The notes: generated from the sequence alone by a model not told the origin. A stretch of DNA of 36,387 nt from a virus (IMGVR_UViG_3300011337_000169:1-36387); one strand, 5' to 3'; counted from the stretch's first letter, positions 27,480-36,072 are shown. Program-made: numbers and translations.

Positions 27480-27489
27480 GAGTACAGTA

Positions 27490-28164
27490 ATGTCTAATTT
27501 AGTTACGTTCGCAAGTGCAAACCTCCCCTCGGTTGCTTCACTCAGCGCCTCTCTCCGCAAACTGGAGGCCGACGTTGGCCCCGCCGGTGTTGTGATCCTC
27601 AAGATGGACAAGACCGGCCACTGGTGCTTCGGTGCAGACCAGACCGAAATCGAAGAGGGTTCACAGTGGGCCGTCAATCCCTTTTCCTTCGTCCACGGCT
27701 TCATCGCGTGGGGTGACGGCGAGGTGTTGGGCGAAAAGATGGCTTCGGTCAGCGATCCGTTGCCGGAGCTGGACACTGCACCGCCGGGTGCTAAGAAGGG
27801 TTGGGAGACTCAGGTCGGCATGTCGTTGAAGTGCCTGAACGGTGAGGACGCCGGTATGGAAGCGCGCTTCACCACCACGTCAGTGGGCGGCAAGCGCGCG
27901 GTGCAGGCTTTGGCCGTCGCTATTGCTGGACAGGTGGACACCGACCAGGCCAAACCCGTGCCGGTGGTCGAGCTGGACACCGAGCATTACCAGCACAAGT
28001 CGTATGGCCGCATCTACACCCCGATCTTTAATGTGTTGGAGTGGGTCAGCATTAACGGGGATGAACCGACCCCCGCAGCAGTCGAGGCAGCAGCACCGGC
28101 ACCGGCCCCCGCGCCGGAACCGGCAGCAGCACCGGCGGGCCGCCGCCGTCGGGTCGCGGCGTAA
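27490..28164 (+). CDS. Putative ssDNA-binding protein
   Basis: Position between exonuclease and PolA; aromatic beta-rich core, YQHKSYGRIYTPIF; flexible Ala/Pro tail; AGGAG RBS. Confidence 0.55.
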   Translation: MSNLVTFASANLPSVASLSASLRKLEADVGPAGVVILKMDKTGHWCFGADQTEIEEGSQWAVNPFSFVHGFIAWGDGEVLGEKMASVSDPLPELDTAPPGAKKGWETQVGMSLKCLNGEDAGMEARFTTTSVGGKRAVQALAVAIAGQVDTDQAKPVPVVELDTEHYQHKSYGRIYTPIFNVLEWVSINGDEPTPAAVEAAAPAPAPAPEPAAAPAGRRRRVAA

Positions 28165-28169
28165 CAAGG

Positions 28170-28195
28170 GTGGGGGCTTCGGCCCCCGCTTTTTT
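28170..28195 (+). terminator. Intrinsic terminator with cUUCGg tetraloop
   Basis: GTGGGGGC-TTCG-GCCCCCGC-TTTTTT. Confidence 0.88.
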
Positions 28196-28198
28196 GAT

Positions 28199-29068
28199 AT
28201 GAAAAATCTATTTATTTCTTTTTCCGGCGGCGAAACATCGGCGCTGATGACGCATCTATTGTTGACGAAATGGCGCGATAAGTATGCGGATGTAATAGTC
28301 GTGTTTGCGAACACGGGGCAGGAAAATGAAGCAACGCTAGAGTTTGTGCGCGATTGTGACGCCACGTTTGGTTTTAACACCGTATGGTTAGAAGCGGTGC
28401 CGAAACGCGGCAGAGAAAAGATAACGTACAAATTGGTTGATTTTGTTTCGGCTGCGCGTAACGGCGAGCCATTTGAGAACATGATCGACTTGTACGGGAT
28501 ACCCAACTATAAATACCCGCATTGCACACGCGAGTTAAAACTACGCCCGATAATGAGTTATCTCAACACGCTAGGCTTTAGCAATTACGATACCGCGATA
28601 GGTATCCGCGCTGATGAGGCGGCTAGGCGCAGCAGCAAGGCCATCAGTAAAAGCGTGGTGTATCCGTTGCTAGATTGGTCGCCTACTACTAAGCCGCAAG
28701 TCAATTCGTTTTGGGCCGCGCAGCCTTTTCGTTTGGCGCTGGCGGGCTATCAAGGCAATTGCAAAACGTGTTGGAAGAAGTCTTTTCGTAAGCTGATGAC
28801 TATCATGGATGAAAACCCCGCGCAGTTTGATTTTTTTGACCGCATGGAGCGCGACAAAGGTTTAATCGGGGGGGAGGTAGTGAAAATGGGTTACCAACGT
28901 GTCTTTTTTCGTGGCTCGCTTAACGTGGCCGACTTACGCAAGATGCACGCAAATACTGATTGGACGCACGCCGAAAACGACGCAGTGGTGTACGCTGACA
29001 AATCTATCGCGCTAGACGTTGGCCCGACCGACGGGTGCGTTGAAAGCTGCGAGGTTAATTGGGCATGA
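28199..29068 (+). CDS. PAPS-reductase-family (PP-loop) protein
   Basis: SFSGGETS, FANTGQE, CTRELK, GIRADE, GNCKTC, C-terminal CVESC; start ATG 28199. Confidence 0.85.
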   Translation: MKNLFISFSGGETSALMTHLLLTKWRDKYADVIVVFANTGQENEATLEFVRDCDATFGFNTVWLEAVPKRGREKITYKLVDFVSAARNGEPFENMIDLYGIPNYKYPHCTRELKLRPIMSYLNTLGFSNYDTAIGIRADEAARRSSKAISKSVVYPLLDWSPTTKPQVNSFWAAQPFRLALAGYQGNCKTCWKKSFRKLMTIMDENPAQFDFFDRMERDKGLIGGEVVKMGYQRVFFRGSLNVADLRKMHANTDWTHAENDAVVYADKSIALDVGPTDGCVESCEVNWA

Positions 29069-31038
29069 CAATTCTTTGGCTTGATTTCGAAACCCGCAGC
29101 CGGTGTAACCTACCGGCGGCTGGCGTTTACAACTACGCGCGCGACGCCTCGACCGAGGTGCTGTGCATGTCCTACGCGTTTGATGGCGGCGAGGTGCAGA
29201 CGTGGCGCCCCGGTGACACCTTCCCCGCGATTGGTGACGCCCAAATCCGCGCTCACAACGCCGCTTTCGAGCGTCTGATTTTCTGGTATGTCTTGTGTCC
29301 TGAGTTCGGCATTCCCGAGCCACCACTGGAGCAGTTCTATTGCACCGCCGCCCAAGCCCGTGCCAACTGCGCGCCGGGCAGTCTGGAGGACGTAGGCCGC
29401 TTCGCCGGTGCCAGCATGAAGAAAGACCATCGCGGCGCGCAGCTCATCCGCTTGCTGTCGATCCCGCGGGCTGACGGCACCTTCAACCACGACCCCGACC
29501 TGATGGCCGAGATGGTGCGCTATTGCGAACAGGATGTGCGGGCGATGCGCGAGATTAGCACCAGTATGCGTGACCTGTCGGACGAGGAGCTGGCCGACTA
29601 CCACGTCAACGAGCGCATCAACGACCGTGGCGTGTTATGTGACACCGCATTGTGCCGCGCCGCCATGACCTACGCCGACGCCGAGCTGATCGAAATCCAA
29701 CAGATCGTGAGTGAGGTAACCGAAGGCGAGATCACCAGCGTGCGCTCACCCAAGATGCGCGCATGGGTGCAGGCCCGTGTTGGCCCCGAGGCCATCAAGC
29801 TGATGACGCTGCACATAGACGGTGTGATCAAGTATTCGATTGATAAGACCGTGCGCGCTAACCTGCTGCTGCTGGCCGAGGAAAATCCCGACGAGGTGCC
29901 CGCAGCCGTGGCTGATGTGATCCAGTGTGCCGATGACCTGTGGGCCAGTTCGGTCGCCAAATTCAAACGGTTGTCCGATCTGGCTGACGTGGAGGACAAT
30001 CGCGTCCGTGGTGCGTTTGTTTTCGCCGGTGGTTCGGCTACCGGTCGGGCGTCGAGCTACGGCGCCCAAGTGCATAACTTCACGCGCAAGTGTGCCCGTG
30101 AACCCGACGCCGTGCGCCAAGCGATGGTGCGCGGGCACCAAATCGTGCCACACTACGGTAAGCGCGTCACCGACGTGCTCAAGGGGATGCTACGCCCCGC
30201 GCTGATGCCCGCCGCCGGTAACGTGTTGGTCGTTGCAGACTGGGCGGCGATTGAAGGCCGCGTCAATCCGTGGCTCTCCAACTGTCACGCCGGTGAAACC
30301 AAGCTCGATGTGTTCCGGTCGGGCCTCGACCCCTACAAGGTCAACGCGACCTCTGTGTTCAACGCCACGACCTACAATAACATAACAGCAGAGCAACGTC
30401 AGGTTGGCAAGGTGCAGGAGCTGGCGTTGGGCTTCCTCGGTGGTGCCGGTTCGTTCGAAACCTTTGGCCGCGTCTACGGTGTGCGGATGACCAAGTGGGA
30501 AATCGCCCGCGCCATTAACGCCTGGCGCGTTGCCAACCCGTGGGCGATGAAGCACGGCCAAGACTTGGAGGCCGCCTATACCCGCGCTCTACGCCACAAA
30601 GGGCATGAGTGTCGCGCGGGGCGCGTCTGTTACCTCTACGACGGTCAGCACCTTTGGTATTCCCTACCTTCGGGGCGAGTGCTATGCTACCCCTTCGCCC
30701 GCTTAGAAAACGATGGTGTGTCGTACGCCAAGGCGTCGTGGAAACCGGCGGCTGATGCGACCGAGTGGCCGCGCGCCCGCCTGTGGCGCGGCTTGGCTGT
30801 TGAAAACATCACGCAGGCGACCGCGAACGACATACTGCGCCATTCAATGCGTGTGCTAGAGGGGGAGGGCTATCAAATCGTACTTACAGTGCATGATGAA
30901 ATTGTCGTCGAGTGCCCCGAGCGCATGGGTGAGGCAACGGTGGCACGGATGCGGGAGGTGATGTGTACGCCGCCGTTGTGGGCCGCTGGCCTGCCGTTAG
31001 GCGTCGAGATTAAGGTGCAGACTCGATACGGGAAATAA
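29065..31038 (+). CDS. polA: Family A DNA polymerase
   Basis: Exonuclease motifs LDFET, AHNAAFE, YCEQD; motif A ADWAAIEGR; motif B RQVGKVQELALGF; motif C VHDE. Confidence 0.93.
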   Translation: MTILWLDFETRSRCNLPAAGVYNYARDASTEVLCMSYAFDGGEVQTWRPGDTFPAIGDAQIRAHNAAFERLIFWYVLCPEFGIPEPPLEQFYCTAAQARANCAPGSLEDVGRFAGASMKKDHRGAQLIRLLSIPRADGTFNHDPDLMAEMVRYCEQDVRAMREISTSMRDLSDEELADYHVNERINDRGVLCDTALCRAAMTYADAELIEIQQIVSEVTEGEITSVRSPKMRAWVQARVGPEAIKLMTLHIDGVIKYSIDKTVRANLLLLAEENPDEVPAAVADVIQCADDLWASSVAKFKRLSDLADVEDNRVRGAFVFAGGSATGRASSYGAQVHNFTRKCAREPDAVRQAMVRGHQIVPHYGKRVTDVLKGMLRPALMPAAGNVLVVADWAAIEGRVNPWLSNCHAGETKLDVFRSGLDPYKVNATSVFNATTYNNITAEQRQVGKVQELALGFLGGAGSFETFGRVYGVRMTKWEIARAINAWRVANPWAMKHGQDLEAAYTRALRHKGHECRAGRVCYLYDGQHLWYSLPSGRVLCYPFARLENDGVSYAKASWKPAADATEWPRARLWRGLAVENITQATANDILRHSMRVLEGEGYQIVLTVHDEIVVECPERMGEATVARMREVMCTPPLWAAGLPLGVEIKVQTRYGK

Positions 31039-31073
31039 AAAAGCGACGGCCCACGGGGAGGAACCGTGAGCCG
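31037..31073 (-). terminator. Minus-strand intrinsic terminator in the polA-primase spacer
   Basis: On the - strand CGGCTCACGG-ttcctcc-CCGTGGGCCG then TCGC-TTTTTT; the C/A mismatch on + becomes a U-G pair on -. Confidence 0.6.
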
Positions 31074-31107
31074 CCAAACCAACCACCAACTCAAAGGGTA
31101 ATATAAC

Positions 31108-33372
31108 ATGGATTTTATCGAATTTGTGACCAGCCTCGCACCCGAGGGCGAGACTGTGTTGTTTCTACACCAAAAAGGAGGCGGTTTTATACCGCAACTG
31201 CCGAGCGTCCGTCGTCGTGCTGGCGGTGCGTGGTATGTCTCCAGCGGGAGCTTCATCCTCGACCGCATGACCGGTGGCCTGTCGGCCACCACCGCCAACT
31301 GCACGCACGTCACGTTCTTGGCCGTGGACGATGTGGGCACCAAGTCCAAGGTGCCGCCGCTGCCCCCGACATGGATTATTGAAACCTCTCACGGTAATTA
31401 CCAATGGGCGTGGGTGTTGAGCGAGCAGGTGCCGGTGGGGGTAGCCAACGCCGCCGAGCGTGCTTTTGCCGAGGCCGGATATACCGACGGTGGCGCCATC
31501 AACGCCGTGCGGAACTGGCGCATCCCAGGAAGCGTCAACATCAAACCGGGCCGCAACCGCTTTGCCAGCGTCCTGACCGAGTTCCATCCCGAGCGCGAGT
31601 TCACCGTCGAGCAAATCTGCGCCGCCCTCGGCGTGACGCCCGCCGCCGCCGACACCGCCACCGTGCGCCGCGTCGATCTGGACGACGACGGCACCGACGA
31701 CGTACTGGCGTGGCTCTCCGAGTCCGGCCACCTGACCGCGCAGGGCAACAGCGCGGGCTGGTGGGGTGTGGTCTGCCCCAATAACGCCGCCCACACCACC
31801 GGCGAGATCGAGGGCCGCTACATGCCCGTCAACCGCGCCTATACGTGCCTCCACGAGCACTGCCTTGAGTGGGATAGTGTGGCCTTCCTGACCTGGGTGG
31901 CCGAGCAGGGGGGCCCGCAGCACGCGCCGGGGCTACGCTCCGAACTGCTGGCCCCCGTCATGCAAGCAGCACTGGCTAAACTGAAGCCGGGCGACCTGTT
32001 CAGCGCATCGACCGAGGCGGGCGCGCTAATCGCGGCAGTCACGCGTAAGGAATTGGGCCGCGTCGAGAAAGCCGGATGGTATGCCCGTTTTGCTTACGTT
32101 CAGGATGATGAGTCGTATTTTGACATGGCCGACCGCCGCGAGGTGGGCCGGACGACCTTTAACGCCTTGTTCCGGCATATCCCGTGCTACTCCATACACG
32201 CCGGCTCGAATGGTGGCGCGCGCCGCGTCGAGGCGTCGATCTGCTACGACGAAAACAGGCAAGCGATGGGTGCCCCCGCCCTTGTCGGCATCACGTATTC
32301 GGCAGGCGACGACGTGTTGGTGACGCGCGACGGCGACGTGTTTGGCAACCGCTGGCGCGACGCCCGCCAGCCCGCCGGAGCCGGTGACGTGTCGATGTGG
32401 CTTGACCACTGCGCCGCCTTGATTCCGGTCGAGGCCGAGCGCGAACACGTGTTCGACGTGATGGCCTGCAAATACCAGCGCCCGAACATCAAGATTAATC
32501 ACGCCGTCTTGCACGGTGGCGACGAGGGGTGCGGTAAAGATACGCTGTGGGCACCGTTGTTGTGGGCCGTGTGCGGGCCGTCGCTCCGCAACCGGGGTAT
32601 CCTGGACAACGATACGCTCGGGAGCCAGTGGGGCTATCAGTTGGAGGCCGAGATTATTATCCTGAACGAGCTGAAGGAACCCGACGCCCGCGAGCGCCGC
32701 GCGCTTGCCAACAAGCTAAAGCCGATTATCGCCGCCCCGCCCGAGATGATCCCGATCAACCGCAAGGGCTTACATCCCTACCAGATGGTCAACCGCTGTT
32801 TTGTCTTGGCGTTCTCGAACGATCCCGTGCCGATTTCGCTTGCGTCGCAAGATCGCCGGTGGTTTTGCGTGTGGTCGAGCGCGCCTCGGATGACGCCCGC
32901 CGCCGCCGAGCGCATCTGGCAGTGGTACAAGGCCGGTGGCTTTGCTGCGGTCGCTGGCTGGCTGGCGCGCCGTGATGTGTCGCGGTTTAATCCGTCGGCA
33001 GCGCCCGCGATGACAGAATTCAAGCAAAACCTGATTGAGCACGGTATGAGCATGGCCGAGTCGTATCTGGTCGAGATGCTGCGAGGCCGTCAGGGTGAAT
33101 TTAGCGCCGGTGTCATCGGATCGCCTTTCCATGCCGTATGCGATCGCCTATCGGGTGCCGCGCCCGGTGGGGTCAAGGTGCCCCAGGCCGCGCTCTTGCA
33201 CGCGCTCAAAGAAGCCGGATGGGTAGACTGCGGGCGGTTAGCTGCGGTTGGCCTGCACACCAAGAAACACGTGTTCGCCGCTGTGGACGTCGCCAAGCGT
33301 TACACTAAATCGGAGCTGCGGCGTATGGTTGAGGGGCCGCCGCCGCCCGTTATGCTGGCGTCGGTCAAATAG
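31108..33372 (+). CDS. Primase-helicase (RepB-like primase, Zn domain, DUF5906/SF3-like NTPase)
   Basis: LAVDD..., WIIETS.GNYQW, R.PG..N.K; CP...H...C.H.HC; Walker A GDEGCGKD, Walker B IIILNE, DRRW. Confidence 0.85.
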   Translation: MDFIEFVTSLAPEGETVLFLHQKGGGFIPQLPSVRRRAGGAWYVSSGSFILDRMTGGLSATTANCTHVTFLAVDDVGTKSKVPPLPPTWIIETSHGNYQWAWVLSEQVPVGVANAAERAFAEAGYTDGGAINAVRNWRIPGSVNIKPGRNRFASVLTEFHPEREFTVEQICAALGVTPAAADTATVRRVDLDDDGTDDVLAWLSESGHLTAQGNSAGWWGVVCPNNAAHTTGEIEGRYMPVNRAYTCLHEHCLEWDSVAFLTWVAEQGGPQHAPGLRSELLAPVMQAALAKLKPGDLFSASTEAGALIAAVTRKELGRVEKAGWYARFAYVQDDESYFDMADRREVGRTTFNALFRHIPCYSIHAGSNGGARRVEASICYDENRQAMGAPALVGITYSAGDDVLVTRDGDVFGNRWRDARQPAGAGDVSMWLDHCAALIPVEAEREHVFDVMACKYQRPNIKINHAVLHGGDEGCGKDTLWAPLLWAVCGPSLRNRGILDNDTLGSQWGYQLEAEIIILNELKEPDARERRALANKLKPIIAAPPEMIPINRKGLHPYQMVNRCFVLAFSNDPVPISLASQDRRWFCVWSSAPRMTPAAAERIWQWYKAGGFAAVAGWLARRDVSRFNPSAAPAMTEFKQNLIEHGMSMAESYLVEMLRGRQGEFSAGVIGSPFHAVCDRLSGAAPGGVKVPQAALLHALKEAGWVDCGRLAAVGLHTKKHVFAAVDVAKRYTKSELRRMVEGPPPPVMLASVK

Positions 33373-33400
33373 AAAACGCCCCGAAAGGGGCGTCTTTTTT
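33373..33400. terminator. Probably bidirectional terminator between convergent operons
   Basis: AAAA-CGCCCC-GAAA-GGGGCG-TCTTTTTT. Confidence 0.88.
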
Positions 33401-33414
33401 GGTGGTGGTGCGGT

Positions 33415-33474
33415 TTACAAGTCAAACATGATCGCGAGTAAGGCTATCAGGAGCAGCACGGCCAGCGCGATCAT
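33415..33474 (-). CDS. 19-aa hydrophobic peptide
   Basis: MIALAVLLLIALLAIMFDL; ATGA-coupled to the upstream ORF. Confidence 0.5.
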   Translation of the reverse strand: MIALAVLLLIALLAIMFDL

Positions 33475-33686
33475 TCGTCGCTGTCCAGCAGTTTAGTGGC
33501 GCCGGCGTGCCAGTGGGTATGATCGTCGGTTTTCTCGCAGTCGATCATGTCCGCAGCGTCGCGGATGCACTGCCGTAGCAGGATCCGCTCTTGTTCAAGG
33601 TCGATTATACGGCCCCAGGCTGTCGCCAGTGGCGTGTCGCCTTGCGCGTATGCTGCACGTTCGTTTTCTTCTATTGTCAATTGCAT
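33471..33686 (-). CDS. Hypothetical early protein (71 aa)
   Basis: GGAG RBS, in a coupled chain of ORFs. Confidence 0.65.
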   Translation of the reverse strand: MQLTIEENERAAYAQGDTPLATAWGRIIDLEQERILLRQCIRDAADMIDCEKTDDHTHWHAGATKLLDSDE

Positions 33687-33688
33687 GA

Positions 33689-33883
33689 TTATGGCTCCAT
33701 TGTGCGATGATAAACTGGCCCCGCGATAACGCCGGAACCGCTGGTTGATTTTTTACGATACGTCCTGCGACAATTTTTACAAACGAAACTTTGACCCGCC
33801 GCCCTTTCGACGGTTTGAAAACCTTTCCCGCCGCAATGCTGGCACGTCATATCCGGCGGTCTAATGGCGTTTTTTACATTCAT
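33689..33883 (-). CDS. Zn-ribbon early protein (64 aa)
   Basis: CQHC...CKNC, C-terminal SGSGVIAG; ATGA coupling. Confidence 0.65.
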   Translation of the reverse strand: MNVKNAIRPPDMTCQHCGGKGFQTVERAAGQSFVCKNCRRTYRKKSTSGSGVIAGPVYHRTMEP

Positions 33884-34017
33884 GTGCAGACTACCGCAGC
33901 GCCTAGCGCGAGAGCCAGCGCCGTCGCACTCATGGCGAGCGCAAAGACTAGCAACGCCTGACCGAGGGTTTCGCCCGCTGGCGCGGGCTTTTTCATGTCG
34001 CGCATGTGATAGCTCAT
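33880..34017 (-). CDS. Single-TM early protein (45 aa)
   Basis: MSYHMRDMKKP...ALLVFALAMSATALALALGAAVVCT; ATGA overlaps at both ends. Confidence 0.6.
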   Translation of the reverse strand: MSYHMRDMKKPAPAGETLGQALLVFALAMSATALALALGAAVVCT

Positions 34018-34181
34018 GAGGTTATCCATTCATCATAACTTTTAAGGGGCGCGCCGCCGCGCGTTATGTCGCCGCCTTTGCCATCATCAGCGCAGGCTAA
34101 ATATATCTGATATTCGTCGTCGTTGGTGCCGCGCGCTTGCGTCTGCCAGTCGGCACGGGTTTCGAGTTTATCGGTATTCAT
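34014..34181 (-). CDS. Hypothetical early protein (55 aa)
   Basis: MNTDKLETRADWQTQARGTNDDEYQIY...PLKSYDEWITS; ATGA overlaps at both ends. Confidence 0.65.
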   Translation of the reverse strand: MNTDKLETRADWQTQARGTNDDEYQIYLACADDGKGGDITRGGAPLKSYDEWITS

Positions 34182-34372
34182 GCAAACCTCGAATCGGTGA
34201 AAACCTGCGTTTGTAGGATGATCGCTTGCGGATGATCGCGCCGGACGATGCGCGCGATACCGTCGCGCGTCAGCGCTTGATGCCGCGCGCCGGATACCCA
34301 GATATTAGCCTGCCGATGCGCGCGGGCTTGCGCGTCGTATGTCGTATATGCAACGCTGTAGATTAGTCTCAT
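34178..34372 (-). CDS. Hypothetical early protein (64 aa)
   Basis: AAAGGAG RBS. Confidence 0.65.
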   Translation of the reverse strand: MRLIYSVAYTTYDAQARAHRQANIWVSGARHQALTRDGIARIVRRDHPQAIILQTQVFTDSRFA

Positions 34373-34479
34373 TTTTTACGCTCCTTTGGTGGTGTAGGTG
34401 GCCCGCCCGCGCCGCGGTGGTTTCGTGCGGGTGGTGTACGCGCGCGCGGCTCTCTGCTGCGCGCGGGCGGGCCATTGAA

Positions 34480-34980
34480 TTAGTTAAACCAGCGCGCAGC
34501 CATGCCACGCCCGAATTCGCGCTTGAACGATGCGCGCAGGTAATCGCCTACGCGCAAGCCCTTAAACCGCTGGACGGTTTCGCCCGTTTCGCTATTGTGG
34601 TGGAGTGTAGGCGCCGGCATAGCGTGCGCGCTTGTCCAGGCCCATATTGCTTGCGACAATACCGCGCACGCCGCTTTGCGGTATTCGGTGGGAAAGTACT
34701 GCCCGGTGCAATAGTCGATCGACACCTTGCCGTCGTCGGTCGCGGTAATCGTCAACCGCCCGCTGTACGCGCGCAGGCTGGCTTCGATTATGTCGTCGGC
34801 GGTTATGCTGGCGCGCAGCTCGACATAGCGCAGGAGCTGCCGCGCTTGCGTTAGGTCGCGCCCGATAGCGCGCACTTCGGCGCGGTAGTTTGGCACGTCG
34901 CCGTAATTGCCAAACTCTAAGCCCGGCCGCTGGCTTATAAACGTATACAGCGCACCGATGATTGCCTGTTTTTTGTCCAT
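34480..34980 (-). CDS. Hypothetical early protein (166 aa)
   Basis: AAAGGG RBS; YCTGQYFPTEYRKA motif. Confidence 0.75.
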   Translation of the reverse strand: MDKKQAIIGALYTFISQRPGLEFGNYGDVPNYRAEVRAIGRDLTQARQLLRYVELRASITADDIIEASLRAYSGRLTITATDDGKVSIDYCTGQYFPTEYRKAACAVLSQAIWAWTSAHAMPAPTLHHNSETGETVQRFKGLRVGDYLRASFKREFGRGMAARWFN

Positions 34981-35074
34981 GATTTTACCCTTTATAGATT
35001 AGATTAGATTGTCGGCTCGCATAACGCGCGCCCGATTACGCCCGGCGGTTAGCCAGGCGCAACGCGGTCGCGCG

Positions 35075-35740
35075 CTATGCTGCTTTAGCCTTTTCCGCGT
35101 GCAGCGCCGGATAATCTACCTGCTCAGTTATTTTAGCGCGCGCCCATTCTGCCGCGCCAATGTCGCCCGGCTCGCCCCTCATTGGCATAATGACGGCAAA
35201 AGCTTGCGGGCTAAAGGTTACCAGTGCAGGCCCGTCGCCGTTCTGCGTAAGATTAATACCGTACATTTTCGACATGCCAAGATCGACGGCAGCCGCTTTG
35301 CAGCGCGCCAGATAATCCGGGTTATAGTGTCCGGCGAGGCCGGACAGCGCCTGCGGTATCACGCGCGTGTAATCGGGGAATTTACCGTCAATCAGGCGGA
35401 AAATACAGACATTGCCGCACCAGGCCGCACGATGTTCGCCCGCTGGATCGTCGCACGTGGTGATTATCACCGGTGCATCATTGGCGGTTTTAAAGGGCGC
35501 TTTCCAGCTCAGGATAGCCTTAACGGTATCGGCTGGCATGATACCGGCGAAACTCCCGACGTTGTCGCCCTTTGCATCGTCGTAGCCACAAAACATCGTG
35601 TGGCCGTCGGTCGCGACAATGCGCGTCTGGGTGTCGTTCGATTCAATAAGCAAGCCATTGAGATAATAACGGGTGTCGTTGATAGCCATAAAGCGGCTCG
35701 CGGCTTTAAGTTTGGTGCGGTAGAGGTTTACGGTAGCCAT
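35075..35740 (-). CDS. DNA polymerase III beta-clamp-like protein (truncated, about two domains)
   Basis: DTRYYLNGLLI, IVATDGH, LIDGKFPDYTRVIP, YNPDYL, VIMPMR are DnaN signature motifs. Confidence 0.85.
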   Translation of the reverse strand: MATVNLYRTKLKAASRFMAINDTRYYLNGLLIESNDTQTRIVATDGHTMFCGYDDAKGDNVGSFAGIMPADTVKAILSWKAPFKTANDAPVIITTCDDPAGEHRAAWCGNVCIFRLIDGKFPDYTRVIPQALSGLAGHYNPDYLARCKAAAVDLGMSKMYGINLTQNGDGPALVTFSPQAFAVIMPMRGEPGDIGAAEWARAKITEQVDYPALHAEKAKAA

Positions 35741-35804
35741 TTTGATACCTTTCGTTTAGTTTACTAACATGCGCGCCACCATTGGCGCGCATGGATACGA
35801 CGGT

Positions 35805-35909
35805 TTAAAAATGCCAAGCAAGCGCCAGCGCGCCGAAGTAGACAAAGATTAAAGATATACCGCCGATTGCCACAGTGCAAATCACAAAAGTTTCGCTGAG
35901 TTTATTCAT
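35805..35909 (-). CDS. Small single-TM protein, first early gene (34 aa)
   Basis: MNKLSETFVICTVAIGGISLIFVYFGALALAWHF; AAAAGG RBS. Confidence 0.55.
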   Translation of the reverse strand: MNKLSETFVICTVAIGGISLIFVYFGALALAWHF

Positions 35910-35954
35910 TTTGTAAGGCCTTTTAATTTAGTTTATCGTTGTGCTGCGTTGCCC

Positions 35955-35982
35955 ATTTTACACGCCTATTTTTATTTCGCAA
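35955..35982 (-). promoter_or_regulatory. Putative early leftward promoter
   Basis: TTGCGA, 16 bp, TAAAAT on the - strand, with AT-rich sequence upstream. Confidence 0.55.
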
Positions 35983-36072
35983 GGGGGTTACATGCAAATA
36001 AGTGTAAATATTTTCGACGGGTAAAAATGGGCCGAAAAAACGCGATTTTATGGGCAAAATGAAATGCTCATA

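Noticed and set aside
27842-28198. N-terminal extension of the PAPS-reductase ORF
   Set aside because: Overlaps the SSB-like gene and crosses a terminator; the PP-loop begins right after ATG 28199.
28199-29068. Auxiliary metabolic cysH for sulfate assimilation
   Set aside because: Lacks the C-terminal ECGLH motif of true CysH and is coupled to polA; a nucleic-acid-related role is more plausible.
26361-35767. Long antisense ORFs (e.g. 26361-27323, 31165-31923, 35009-35767)
   Set aside because: Shadow frames of GC-rich genes with no motifs or RBS.
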